A stretch of 64,000 nucleotides of DNA, taken from the IMG/VR virus record IMGVR_UViG_3300003323_001359, positions 1 to 64,000 of that record; one strand, 5' to 3'. Made by a program: the position numbers and the translations under genes. Shown here in pieces: positions 15,939 through 26,078 of this stretch; within the stretch, counting starts at the first letter, position 1, and each line of letters begins with the position of its first letter. Source of the DNA: a virus. The notes below the pieces were generated by a model. It did no database searches. It saw nothing but the letters and a program-made list of their open reading frames with translations, and had not been told where the DNA came from.

Positions 15939-17432
15939 GTGGCCGACACCCTCCTCGAGGTCAAGCTCGACAAGCTCCGCCGCCTCCGCGAGCTGCAGCA
16001 GCGGAAGGTCGACCTCGACAACGGTGACGGCCTCAAGCGCACCTGGCGCGAGCAGGCCCGAGCCGACCAGCTCGAGCCCGAGGGTGACTGGTTCGTCTGG
16101 CTGATCCTCGCCGGCCGAGGCTGGGGCAAGTCCCGCACCGCCGCCGAGATGATGGCTGAGAAGGCCCGCCGGTTCCCGGGCTGCCGCATCGCGCTCGTCG
16201 CCCGCACCATCGGCGACACCCGCGACACCATGATCGAGGGTGACTCGGGACTGCTCAACTGCTTCAAGCAGACCGAGCTCCGCGGCGGCAAGATCACCGG
16301 CGCGTGGAACCGCTCCCTGGGCGAGCTCTACCTCGAGAACGGCAGCCGGTTCTTCACGTACTCCGCGGAGAAGCCCTGGCAGCTCCGCGGCCCTCAGTTC
16401 CACTTCGCCTGGGGCGACGAGGCCTGCTTCTGGGCCGACGCTCACAAGGGAACCGCGACCGACACCACGTGGTCCAACCTCACCATCGCGACCCGTCTGC
16501 CGCGCCGCCCCGACTGGCCACTCGACTTCCGCACCCAGATCGTCGTCGCCACCACGCCGCGACCCGTTCCCCTGCTCCGGGTCGCCGACACCCAGCTCAC
16601 CTCGCCCGGTCTCATGCAGCGCGACAACGTCATCGTCACGCGCGGCCGCACCGTCGACAACCTCGAGAACCTCAGCGACAGCTACAAGGCCAACGTCGTC
16701 GCGCCCCTCCTCGGCACCCAGCTCGGCCTGCAGGAGCTCGACGCCGAGATCCTCGAGAACCGCGACAACGCGCTGTGGAAGCGCGAGTGGCTCGAGGCCG
16801 ACCGGATCCCCGTCAAGCGCCGCTCGGAGCTCGACCTCGTCCGCATCGTCATCGGCGTCGACCCCTCCGTCACCGACACCGAGGCCAGCGACCTCACCGG
16901 CATCGTCGTCTGCGCCGCCGACCGCGAGGGCCACGGCTACGTCCTCGCCGACTACACCATGCGTGGCACCCCCAAGAGGTGCATGCAGCGCGTGAAGGAC
17001 GCCTACGACGAGTTCCAGGCCGACCGCGTCGTCGCCGAGGTCAACAACGGCGGTGACTACATCGGCACGGTCCTCAAGACCATCGACGCGAACATCCCCT
17101 TCCGGTCCGTGCGAGCCAGCCGCGGCAAGAACACCCGCGCCGAGCCGGTCTCCGCGCTCTACGAGCAGCACCGCGTCCACCACGTGGGCGTGTTCCCGCA
17201 GCTCGAGGACGAGATGTGCACGTGGGCCCCCGGTGACAAGGAGTCACCGGACCGCATGGACGCGCTCGTCTGGGGCATGTACGACCTCAAGGACCTCATC
17301 GGCGGGTCCTGGCTCGACGCCTACGGCGTCATCAAGTGCGAGAGCTGCGAGCGACCCTTCACCAAGACGCTCAACGGCAAGCCCCGCGACAAGTGCCCCC
17401 ACTGCAGCGCACCCCTCGAGGAGGCGGCGTGA
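15939..17432 (+). CDS. Terminase large subunit (with C-terminal Zn ribbon)
   Basis: Walker [30 protein letters not shown] nuclease, [10 protein letters not shown]; CESC...CPHC tail. Confidence 0.95.
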   Translation: MADTLLEVKLDKLRRLRELQQRKVDLDNGDGLKRTWREQARADQLEPEGDWFVWLILAGRGWGKSRTAAEMMAEKARRFPGCRIALVARTIGDTRDTMIEGDSGLLNCFKQTELRGGKITGAWNRSLGELYLENGSRFFTYSAEKPWQLRGPQFHFAWGDEACFWADAHKGTATDTTWSNLTIATRLPRRPDWPLDFRTQIVVATTPRPVPLLRVADTQLTSPGLMQRDNVIVTRGRTVDNLENLSDSYKANVVAPLLGTQLGLQELDAEILENRDNALWKREWLEADRIPVKRRSELDLVRIVIGVDPSVTDTEASDLTGIVVCAADREGHGYVLADYTMRGTPKRCMQRVKDAYDEFQADRVVAEVNNGGDYIGTVLKTIDANIPFRSVRASRGKNTRAEPVSALYEQHRVHHVGVFPQLEDEMCTWAPGDKESPDRMDALVWGMYDLKDLIGGSWLDAYGVIKCESCERPFTKTLNGKPRDKCPHCSAPLEEAA

Positions 17433-17803
17433 CCCAGCCGGCACCGCTGCCCAACTCCTACCTCGCCGTCACCGCCAACGGCTCGCAGTGGGCGCAGAGC
17501 TACCAGGTCACCAACGACGACGGCACCCTCGCGGACATCACCAACAAGACGTTCGAGCTGATCGTGCGCAACACCCAGACCAGCGCGACCCTGTTCTCCG
17601 TCAACAGCACCGCGTCCACCGCGTACGGCACCATCACCGTCACCAGCAGCACCGCCACGCTGCAGGTCGTGCTGACACCCACCGCGACCACGCTTCTTCC
17701 CGAGTGGGGCGGCAGCTACACCCTGTGGATGGATCCCAACCTCAACGACGCGACCGCGCTCGTGGCCGGCATCTTCTACGGCCGCGCGGTCGCTCAACCC
17801 TAG
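17429..17803 (+). CDS. Putative virion structural protein
   Basis: Thr/Ser-rich beta composition, GTGA overlap. Confidence 0.65.
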   Translation: MTQPAPLPNSYLAVTANGSQWAQSYQVTNDDGTLADITNKTFELIVRNTQTSATLFSVNSTASTAYGTITVTSSTATLQVVLTPTATTLLPEWGGSYTLWMDPNLNDATALVAGIFYGRAVAQP

Positions 17804-17814
17804 GAGGAGCGCAG

Positions 17815-19059
17815 GTGGTCAACGTCACCATCGTCACCGCCGGCACCTCCGGGCCGCGCGGCAACGGCTGGCTGTCCGGCACCGGCGCACCGGCCAGCAG
17901 CCTCGGCTTCAACGGTGACTTCTACCTCGACACCTCCAACCCCTCGGTGTTCTACGGTCCCAAGGCGGCCGGCACCTGGCCGGCTCCCACCGCGTTCACG
18001 TCGCAGAAGAACAACACCACCGCGACGCGGAACCCCACGACGACCGACGACGCCTCGCAGGGCTACACGATCGGCTCGATCTGGATCAACACGTCGACGG
18101 CCGCCTACTTCGTCGCCGAGAGCGTCACCACGAACGCTGCCGTGTGGTACCAGAACTACCAGCTCGGCACCACGTCGGGCAGCGCCGCCGCCGGCAACGA
18201 CGCGCGGATCACCGGCGCGCTTCAGAAGGCCAGCAACCTCTCCGACGTCGCCAGCGTGACCGGTGCGCGCGCCAACCTCGGCCTCGGCGGCGCGGCGGTG
18301 CTGAACGTCGGCACGACGGCCGGCACCGTGGCCGCCGGTGACGACGCGCGGATCGTCAACGCCGTCGAGAACACCCTGCTCACGGCCAAGGGCGACCTGA
18401 TCGTGGCCGTCAGCGGCGGTGCGCCGGTGCACCTGCCGGTCGGCACCGACACCTACGTGCTCACAGCCGACGCGGCGCAGACAGCCGGCGTGCGGTGGGC
18501 CGCCCCCGCTGCCGGCGGTGCGACGTTCCCCCTGAGCGGCTATGGGTTGCTGACCGCTAGCGACGACCCGATGCTGTTCCAAAACGTCTCCAGCCTCGCC
18601 AGCGGCACGGTGTTCGGGGCGCGATGCTGGGTGCCGGCCAACACCGCCCTGTCCACCCTCGTCGCCGCTGTGCGCACCGGCGGCACCTACGCCACGTCGG
18701 CGGTGCCCAACCAGCTCGGCATCTACGACGACACGGGCGTCAGGCTTCAGGTGTCCCCAAACGACAACAACCTGTGGAACGCGGCCGGGTGGACCAGTAG
18801 CGGCATCACGACGGTCACGGCGCAGGCGACCGGTCGGTTCGTCTACATCCTCTACATCCTCGGTGGCTTCACCGGGGTCACCGTGCCATACGCCCTGGGC
18901 GCGAACGACAGCAACGCGCCGTGGCTCAGCCTGGGCGTCACCAACGCCGGCAACAAGCGAGCCTTCTACCTGAACGGTCAGTCGGCGCTGCCGGCGTCGT
19001 TCAACCCCACGACCGTGGGCACCACCACCGGCTTCATCCCTCTCGTGGGAGCCTACTGA
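17815..19059 (+). CDS. Fibre/minor virion protein
   Basis: [56 protein letters not shown] fibre motifs. Confidence 0.75.
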   Translation: MVNVTIVTAGTSGPRGNGWLSGTGAPASSLGFNGDFYLDTSNPSVFYGPKAAGTWPAPTAFTSQKNNTTATRNPTTTDDASQGYTIGSIWINTSTAAYFVAESVTTNAAVWYQNYQLGTTSGSAAAGNDARITGALQKASNLSDVASVTGARANLGLGGAAVLNVGTTAGTVAAGDDARIVNAVENTLLTAKGDLIVAVSGGAPVHLPVGTDTYVLTADAAQTAGVRWAAPAAGGATFPLSGYGLLTASDDPMLFQNVSSLASGTVFGARCWVPANTALSTLVAAVRTGGTYATSAVPNQLGIYDDTGVRLQVSPNDNNLWNAAGWTSSGITTVTAQATGRFVYILYILGGFTGVTVPYALGANDSNAPWLSLGVTNAGNKRAFYLNGQSALPASFNPTTVGTTTGFIPLVGAY

Positions 19060-19400
19060 TGACGATGCCGCAGGGCGGAGGCTCACCCCACTCGCAGCTC
19101 GACCTCGCCGCGCTCGCCGCGGTCAGCAGCGCTCAGCGCCTGCTCGGCAGCCAGCCGCGGCTGCCGGTCACCCACGAGGAGCGCGAGGAGCTCGAGAGGG
19201 TCGCCGCCGACGGCGGTCTCTGCCGGTTCTGTGCCGGGATCCACGCCGGCGGCAGCACCCCGGCCTGCCCGCGTCTCGCGAGCGGCAAGCTCAACGGCGA
19301 CGGCGACCTCATCGAGTTCACCTACTGGCCGAGCTGGGACGCGAGCCGCGTGATCTACCCGGAGGACGTGGACGAGGAGGCTGAGGTTGACCCCACGTGA
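19059..19400 (+). CDS. Hypothetical Zn-binding protein
   Basis: CRFC..IH...CPR. Confidence 0.6.
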   Translation: MTMPQGGGSPHSQLDLAALAAVSSAQRLLGSQPRLPVTHEEREELERVAADGGLCRFCAGIHAGGSTPACPRLASGKLNGDGDLIEFTYWPSWDASRVIYPEDVDEEAEVDPT

Positions 19401-19587
19401 GGAGCTGATGCTCAAGCTGCGTCTGATCAACGACGCGCAGGAGCGCGGCGCCACGTGGGCGGAGATCGCCAAGGCGTTGGGGTACGCGAGCGCGAAGGCG
19501 CTCAAGAACGAGGTCAAGGTGGCCGCGCGGCGGCTGCAGCGAGAGCTCTGGGCGGAGGCTGAGACGGTGAGCGGTGGCGTCGACTAG
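19387..19587 (+). CDS. Small HTH protein
   Basis: RGATWAEIAKALG. Confidence 0.65.
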   Translation: MTPREELMLKLRLINDAQERGATWAEIAKALGYASAKALKNEVKVAARRLQRELWAEAETVSGGVD

Positions 19588-22500
19588 GTCCATCCTGCGC
19601 GCGGCGCGCTACTCGCCCGGCGGCGCCCGTCCCACGCCCGCCCCGCAGGGCGCCGGCGTCGGCACGGGATCGCTGTCACCGCTGGTCATGAACTACGCGG
19701 AGCAACACGGCTACGCCAACGCCTACGCCGGCTTCCTGCCGCGGCCGCCGGCCACGTTCACGCAGGGCGCGTTCGGGCCGTTCAGCCCGATCCTGCCGGT
19801 GCCGGTCGACGAGCCGGACGCGAGCGGCCGCGCTGAGCCGCGCCGCGAGGAGTACCGCGTCGGGTGGAACCTGCCGGTCGGCACGCCCGGCTCGGAGGGC
19901 CTGAAGCTCGCGTCCTTCAGCACGCTCAAGACGCTGGCCGATCTCTACTCGGTCGCGCGGGCGTGCATCCAGCTCCGCAAGTCCGAGATCCGCGGCCTCG
20001 AGTGGGACATCATGCCCACGCAGGAGGCCGCCAAGGAGAACCGCGGTGACAAGGCGTGGTTCAAGGACTTCGGTGAGCGCCGCGCCAAGGCCAAGAAGTT
20101 CTTCAAGCGCCCCGACCCGGACTACTACAGCTGGAGCACGTTCATCGACGCCTTCCTCGAGGAGGTGTTCGTCTTCGACGCGCTCTCGCTGTACCTGCGT
20201 CCCAAGCGCGGCCGCGGCATGGGAAAGGGACTGCTCGGCAGCGACCTCGACAGCCTCAACCTGATCAGCGGCCCCACCATCCGGCCGCTCTACGACATGC
20301 ACGGCGGCTTCCCCGCGCCGCCGGCCCCGGCCTACCAGCAGTACCTCTACGGCGTTCCCCGGTCCGACTTCATCAAGATGATGACAGACATGGACATCCA
20401 GGAGGGCGGCCTGCGAGGCAGCCAGGTCGGCCAGTTCCGCGGCGACCAGCTCCTGTACGTGCCGATGGTGCCGCGGCGGTGGACCCCCTACGGCTTCCCA
20501 CCCATCGAGCGCGCCATGATCCCCGTGCTGTCCGGCCTGCAGAAGCAGGGCTACCAGCTCGACTACTTCCGTGAGGGCACCGTCCCGGCCGTCTACATGT
20601 CACCTGGCGACGAGAACATGACCCCCAACCAGATCCGGGAGCTGCAGGACGCCCTCAACGCCTTCGCGGGCGACCCCGCCTGGCACCACAAGATCATCGT
20701 TCTGCCGCCGGGAACCAGGGTCGAGCCGCAGCGCGCGGTGCCGCTGGCCGACGCGTTCGATGAGATCGTCATGACCCAGGTCTGCATGGCGTTCGACATC
20801 ATGCCCATGGAGCTAGGCATCGCGCCCAAGGTCAGCACGTCGATGTCCCCCGGCGCGTCTCACCAGATGGCGAAGATGGCTGAGAACGTGGGCGAGCGCA
20901 AGGCGACCAAGCCGACGCTCATGTTCATCGCGGACATCATCAACAACATCCTCGAGTACGTCTGCGGTCAGGACGACATGCAGTTCGTCTTCGAGGGCCT
21001 CGAGGCGGAGGAGGACGAGGCGCTGATCACCGACCTGCTCATCAAGCAGGTCGAGAACGGTCTGCGCAGCGTCGACGAGGCGCGCGACAAGCTCAACCTT
21101 CAACCGTGGGGCCTGCCCGAGACCAGCGGTCCGGTCTTCCTCAGCAAGAACGGCCCCGTACCGTTCGGGGCGCTCACGGCCGGTGCCGGCGAGCCGGCGC
21201 CCAGCGTCCCCGGTCAGCTCTCGATCCCAGGACCTCAGCCCGAGCTGCCCGTCACGGCCAGCGGCAGCGGTCAGTCGCAGAACCCCGGCCAGGGCAGCGT
21301 GCCGACCCAGCCCAACGCGGTGCAGCACCCCGAGACGCCGGGACACGCCGCGGCCACCGGTGCGGGCACCGTGCCGCCGAGGTCGGCAACCGGCAAGAAG
21401 CCGGCCGCGCCGGCCAGGAAGCCGACCGCCGCGCCCGCCGGGAAGACAGACGCGGCGGCCCTGGAAAAGGCGGCGAGCAGCGAGCTCGAGGCCTTGAGTC
21501 GGCACGTGAAGAAGGGCCGGCAGGTCAGCACGTGGGTGCCGAGAAACCTCAACCCAGACGCGCTCGCCCGGATCAGCCAGCACCTGGCGGAGGGCCTCGA
21601 GATCGATGACGCGATCCGCGTCGTCAAGGCCACGCGGCGGGTGGTCAGCCTGAACGGCGAGGGGTCGTGGGTCACCTCGACGACACCGAACGACGCGGCT
21701 GGCGGCGGTGGACGGTCACCGGTCAGGCACCTGGGAGACGGCACCGAGGTGCCCGGTGGGGTCACGGAAGGCACGGCTGGGGGCGAACCCCCGAGGTGGA
21801 TCTCTCAGCCCCCCAACGGCTACATGGGCGGCTTCTACGACGGCTCCAACCGATCTCAAGCGCATCACCCTCTCAGTGGTCGCGACGACCGGGTACCACT
21901 CACCCATGGTCATCAAACCGACGTCAGCTCACGACCTCAACGCTACCCCAGCGCGGGCCTCGACGGCTGGCCACAAGGCGGCATCGACACGGGTAGGTCG
22001 CCGGTCAGCGAGCCGCCCGGTGACGCGAACGACCGCGGCCGCGCACCGAGCGTGGGGGACGCCGCTGCCAAGCGAGCCAAGGTCTCCAAGGCGTCCGTGA
22101 ACTACCGCGCCGGAACCGACGCGCGACGGTGCGGCACGTGCGTGATGTTCCACGCCAACGGCACGTGCGACCTCGTGGTCGGTGACATCCAGCCCGACGC
22201 CGTGTGCGACCGGTGGGAGGCTCCAAACGTGGCCAAGGGAGCCTGCGTCGCGGCCGGTCTCGCGGTCCGCGCAGCCGACACCGGTCGGGTGCTCATGCTG
22301 CAGCGAGCGATCACCGACGACGACCCAGCCGCCGGCACGTGGGAGTTCCCCGGCGGCTGCCTCGAGCCGGGCGAGCAGCCCCGCAGCGCCGCGGTCCGGG
22401 AGTGGCAGGAGGAAACCGGCTGCGTTCTTCCCGTGGGTCGGTTCGTTTCGGGCTGGGGCACCGAGAGCGGCCGCTGGCGGGGCTTCGTCTACGAGGTCGC

Positions 22501-23110
22501 GTCCGAGGCGGACGTGCCGATCTTCGACGGTCGGGACCGCGTCACCAACCCGGATGACCCCGACGGTGACCAGGTGGAGGCGCTCGCGTGGTGGGACCCG
22601 AGCCACCTCGTCGACAACCCGTCGGTGCGCGCCGAGCTTCGCGAGGATCTTCAGCTCGTTCTCAACGCCCTCGCGCGTCCCACGGCTCAGGGCGCGAGAA
22701 CGGCGACCGCGGACGAGGTCGCGGCCCTGATGAGCCGGAACTTCAGCGCCGAGGGCTACGCCTGGGTGGATGACGCGACCTGGGTTGGCCCGAGCGACGT
22801 CCCCACCGACCGCATCGACTTCAGCAACGAGGCGCGGTGGGCGGCGCATCACGAGAGCGCCGCCGTCGACCGCTTCGTTGAGCGGCTGCGCGTCGGCGAG
22901 ACCCTGCACCCCGCCATCCTCGTCGACACCCCCGGTGATCCCAAGCTGAAGGTGGTCGACGGTCACCACCGGGCGCTGGCCGCGCAGCGCCTCGGCAAGC
23001 CGCTCAACGCGTACGTCGGCACCGTCCACACCGTGGTCGGGCCGTGGGACGAGGCTCACTCGTTCCAGATTCACCACGGTGACGATCACCTCAACAAGAC
23101 GACCGACTGA
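19574..23110 (+). CDS. Portal protein fused to 4-Cys, Nudix and ParB-like domains
   Basis: Portal core (TPYGFPPIE, AFDIMPMELG, SVDEARDKLNLQP); RCGTC..C..C.RW; Nudix box GGCLEPGEQPRSAAVREWQEETG; VVDGHHR. Confidence 0.85.
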   Translation: MASTRSILRAARYSPGGARPTPAPQGAGVGTGSLSPLVMNYAEQHGYANAYAGFLPRPPATFTQGAFGPFSPILPVPVDEPDASGRAEPRREEYRVGWNLPVGTPGSEGLKLASFSTLKTLADLYSVARACIQLRKSEIRGLEWDIMPTQEAAKENRGDKAWFKDFGERRAKAKKFFKRPDPDYYSWSTFIDAFLEEVFVFDALSLYLRPKRGRGMGKGLLGSDLDSLNLISGPTIRPLYDMHGGFPAPPAPAYQQYLYGVPRSDFIKMMTDMDIQEGGLRGSQVGQFRGDQLLYVPMVPRRWTPYGFPPIERAMIPVLSGLQKQGYQLDYFREGTVPAVYMSPGDENMTPNQIRELQDALNAFAGDPAWHHKIIVLPPGTRVEPQRAVPLADAFDEIVMTQVCMAFDIMPMELGIAPKVSTSMSPGASHQMAKMAENVGERKATKPTLMFIADIINNILEYVCGQDDMQFVFEGLEAEEDEALITDLLIKQVENGLRSVDEARDKLNLQPWGLPETSGPVFLSKNGPVPFGALTAGAGEPAPSVPGQLSIPGPQPELPVTASGSGQSQNPGQGSVPTQPNAVQHPETPGHAAATGAGTVPPRSATGKKPAAPARKPTAAPAGKTDAAALEKAASSELEALSRHVKKGRQVSTWVPRNLNPDALARISQHLAEGLEIDDAIRVVKATRRVVSLNGEGSWVTSTTPNDAAGGGGRSPVRHLGDGTEVPGGVTEGTAGGEPPRWISQPPNGYMGGFYDGSNRSQAHHPLSGRDDRVPLTHGHQTDVSSRPQRYPSAGLDGWPQGGIDTGRSPVSEPPGDANDRGRAPSVGDAAAKRAKVSKASVNYRAGTDARRCGTCVMFHANGTCDLVVGDIQPDAVCDRWEAPNVAKGACVAAGLAVRAADTGRVLMLQRAITDDDPAAGTWEFPGGCLEPGEQPRSAAVREWQEETGCVLPVGRFVSGWGTESGRWRGFVYEVASEADVPIFDGRDRVTNPDDPDGDQVEALAWWDPSHLVDNPSVRAELREDLQLVLNALARPTAQGARTATADEVAALMSRNFSAEGYAWVDDATWVGPSDVPTDRIDFSNEARWAAHHESAAVDRFVERLRVGETLHPAILVDTPGDPKLKVVDGHHRALAAQRLGKPLNAYVGTVHTVVGPWDEAHSFQIHHGDDHLNKTTD

Positions 23111-23125
23111 CGGAAAGGAAGCCGT

Positions 23126-26041
23126 GTGGCCGCAACCCTCACCCCCGACGGCGAGCTGACCTACTTCTCGTTCCCCATCGAGAAGACCGAGGAAACGAGC
23201 GACGGCGACCTCATCGTCTACGGCAAGGCCACCGACGGCACCGTCGACAGCGACCTTCAGATCGTCGACCAGGACTGGTCGGCCAAGGCGATCCACGAGT
23301 GGCTCGAGACCGGCGGCAACCTGAGGGTGCAACACCAGGCCCGTCGCGACCCGGCTGGTCGGGGCCTCTCCGTGGAGGCGACCCCGGAGGGCCACTACGT
23401 CAAGGCCCTCGTCGTGGAGCCCGTGGCCAAGGAGCTCGTCAAGAAGGGCGTGCTGACCTGCTACTCGGTCGGCATCACCCACCCGGACATCGTGCCGGAC
23501 CCCACCGGCAAGGCCATGAACGGCATCATCCGTGGTCGTCGTGACGGCCTCACGAAGATCAGCGAGATCAGCCTCGTCGACCGCGGCTCCAACTTCAACT
23601 CGAAGTTCGAGCTCGTCAAGGCCGCCGGCGACGCCGGCGAGCCCGAGTTCATCGGCAAGATGCTCATCGACCCGGAGCTCGACGGCGCGGTCGTGACGAG
23701 CGTCGACGGCCTCCCCGGCGGCCGCGTCACGCCGGCCGACGTCGCCAAGGCGCTCACCGGCCACGAGGGCGTCGCCAAGCGGAACGTCGACCCCAACGTG
23801 GGCGGCGGCACCGACCGCGACCGGATCCCCGCCGAGGACTTCGCCGGCGACGATCGCTCCTACCCGATCGTCACGCCGCAGGACGTGCACGACGCGTCAC
23901 GGTCCATCGGCCGCGCCGGTGACGACAACAAGTCCTCCGAGGGACTGAAGCGCAGCATCATCCGCATCGCACGGCGCAAGGGTGCCGCCTTCGTGGCCCG
24001 GCTCCCCGAGAGCTGGAAGAAGGAGCTGGGCATGAGCGACAGCGAGAAGGTGACCGACGTCGAGATGACCGAGGACGCCGAGGTGAAGACCGTCGAGACC
24101 GAGGCTGAGACGGACGCCGACGTCGCGAAGGACGAGGAGCCGGACGAGGTCAAGGCCGGCTCGACGGGCGGCGGCAGCGGCATGAGCGGCGGCAGCGCGG
24201 GTGCCGGTGACGCCGGCGGGGGCAGCGCGGGAGCCGGCACCGGCGGCGCGGGCAGCGCCAAGAGCGACGAGGACGACGAGGACGAGGACGCGGCGGAGAA
24301 GAGCGACGACGGCGTGAAGGCCGCTGAGCCCACCGTCGAGAAGGTCGTCACCGTCGAGAAGAAGGACAAGGTCCTGTGCCCCGGCTGTGGGGCGAACCTG
24401 CACGCCGACCACAACTTCTGCCCCGAGTGCGGCGGCAAGCTCAAGGGCGCGCTCGCGATCAAGAAGAACCACGACTTCACCTGCCTCGGCTGCGGCCTGC
24501 AGCTCGACAAGGGAGAGAAGTTCTGCCCGAGCTGCGGCAAGCCGCACCCCGGCTATCTGCCGGAGGCCGACTCCAAGGTCAAGGCCGCCGGTGGCGACGA
24601 CACCGTCGTTGACGACGACAAGGCCTCCCGGAAGGCCGCGAAGAGGGCGGCGAAGGCCGCCGCACGGGCCGACGTGACCAAGAAGCCGACGCCCACCGAC
24701 GGCGTCGAGGAGACCGAGGACGCCGACCCGGTTCCCGAGCACCGCGAGCCCGACGGCCCCGCCATCGAGGCTCTCGAGCGCGACGCCAAGGTCCCGACCG
24801 TTCCCGACTCGAGCGTCAAGGCCGCGGACCTCATCTTCCCCGGCGACCACGAGGGCTCGGCGTCGATGCGGCTGAAGATGCTGAACGTTCCCACGGACTA
24901 CGGCACGCTGCACGACCTGACCTGCCCGTGCTTCCACCCGGACGACGTCGCCAAGAGCTACCCGCGCTACGACCTGACCAGCCTCGACCCGAACCACTGG
25001 CAGCGCAAGGCGTTCGAGCTCGCCGCGTCCGCGCCGCTCGACCAGGCCCGCAAGGCGAACGAGCTGTGGCAGCACGTGGCGACGCTCAAGGCGACCGACC
25101 CGCGCTACCTGATGGAGGTCCGGTCGGAGCTCTACAAGGAGTTCCGCGACGCGAACCCCGGTCCCGGGACGTTCCCGACCCCGGGCTCCATGAACGGCCG
25201 CTCGTACAACCGACCGCTCGTCACCGCCGGCCACGAGGCGCCGTCACCGGGGCACGATGGCCCCAACACCGCGCCCGACCCGTTCGGGTCGATCTCCGCC
25301 GCGCAGTTCGGCCGCGGCTACCTCTCCGGCGGCCACGCGGCGGAGGCGCCCGCCAGTGGCGGCGACCCGATGCGGCCGGTGAGCGCGCCGAGCGTGACCG
25401 GTGTCCCCACCCGCACCTACTACACCAACGCGATGCGAGACAACGCGCGTCAGGCCATGCTGGCCATGCACGACCACATCGCGCAGACCTTCCCCGACCT
25501 CTGCCCGGCCGCTCCCGACGGCAGCCCGTACGGCGGCTCGCTGCCGGGCTCCCGACCGGTGCCGGTCGGCGTCGGTGGCCCCGCGCCGCACGGTGCGACC
25601 AAGGCGGCCAAGAAGGAGCGGAAGGCGAGGGAGGAGCTGGCCGTGACGGAGACCACCGAGAAGGCCGCGCCGACCGAGGTCACCAAGGCCGTCACCCTCG
25701 ACCTGGCGGCCGTGGACGCGATGATCGCGAAGGCGGTCGCGGCCGTCAACGAGCAGCGCGACACCGAGGTCGCCGACCTCAAGAAGACCCTCAAGAAGAT
25801 GCGCAAGCAGGTTGAGGCGCTCGCCGAGCAGCCGGACCCGGTGGGTCCCTACCGCGGCGTCGCGTTCGACCAGCTGACCAAGATGTCGGCCGCACCGGAG
25901 GTGCTGCCGTCCGTGAGCCGCGCGGAGCGCGCTCAGGAGTCCGTGTTCCAGGCACTGCACCACCAGTGGCGGAACGACCCCGACCCGATGCAGCGGGAAG
26001 TTGCGTGGCGGGAGCTGAAGAAGATGTCTGGTTTCAAGTAG
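23126..26041 (+). CDS. Capsid maturation protease/scaffold polyprotein with double Zn ribbon
   Basis: VYGKAT..VDSD.Q, QH, YSVG, EISLVDRGSN protease domain; acidic linker; four CxxC; C-terminal coiled coil. Confidence 0.82.
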   Translation: MAATLTPDGELTYFSFPIEKTEETSDGDLIVYGKATDGTVDSDLQIVDQDWSAKAIHEWLETGGNLRVQHQARRDPAGRGLSVEATPEGHYVKALVVEPVAKELVKKGVLTCYSVGITHPDIVPDPTGKAMNGIIRGRRDGLTKISEISLVDRGSNFNSKFELVKAAGDAGEPEFIGKMLIDPELDGAVVTSVDGLPGGRVTPADVAKALTGHEGVAKRNVDPNVGGGTDRDRIPAEDFAGDDRSYPIVTPQDVHDASRSIGRAGDDNKSSEGLKRSIIRIARRKGAAFVARLPESWKKELGMSDSEKVTDVEMTEDAEVKTVETEAETDADVAKDEEPDEVKAGSTGGGSGMSGGSAGAGDAGGGSAGAGTGGAGSAKSDEDDEDEDAAEKSDDGVKAAEPTVEKVVTVEKKDKVLCPGCGANLHADHNFCPECGGKLKGALAIKKNHDFTCLGCGLQLDKGEKFCPSCGKPHPGYLPEADSKVKAAGGDDTVVDDDKASRKAAKRAAKAAARADVTKKPTPTDGVEETEDADPVPEHREPDGPAIEALERDAKVPTVPDSSVKAADLIFPGDHEGSASMRLKMLNVPTDYGTLHDLTCPCFHPDDVAKSYPRYDLTSLDPNHWQRKAFELAASAPLDQARKANELWQHVATLKATDPRYLMEVRSELYKEFRDANPGPGTFPTPGSMNGRSYNRPLVTAGHEAPSPGHDGPNTAPDPFGSISAAQFGRGYLSGGHAAEAPASGGDPMRPVSAPSVTGVPTRTYYTNAMRDNARQAMLAMHDHIAQTFPDLCPAAPDGSPYGGSLPGSRPVPVGVGGPAPHGATKAAKKERKAREELAVTETTEKAAPTEVTKAVTLDLAAVDAMIAKAVAAVNEQRDTEVADLKKTLKKMRKQVEALAEQPDPVGPYRGVAFDQLTKMSAAPEVLPSVSRAERAQESVFQALHHQWRNDPDPMQREVAWRELKKMSGFK

Positions 26042-26078
26042 ATCGACCACCAACACCGCTGCTTTGGAAGGAACCACC

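Noticed and set aside
24160-24300. Gly/Ser/Ala and acidic low-complexity tract in the scaffold as a DNA repeat element
   Set aside because: No fixed nucleotide unit; explained as a protein linker
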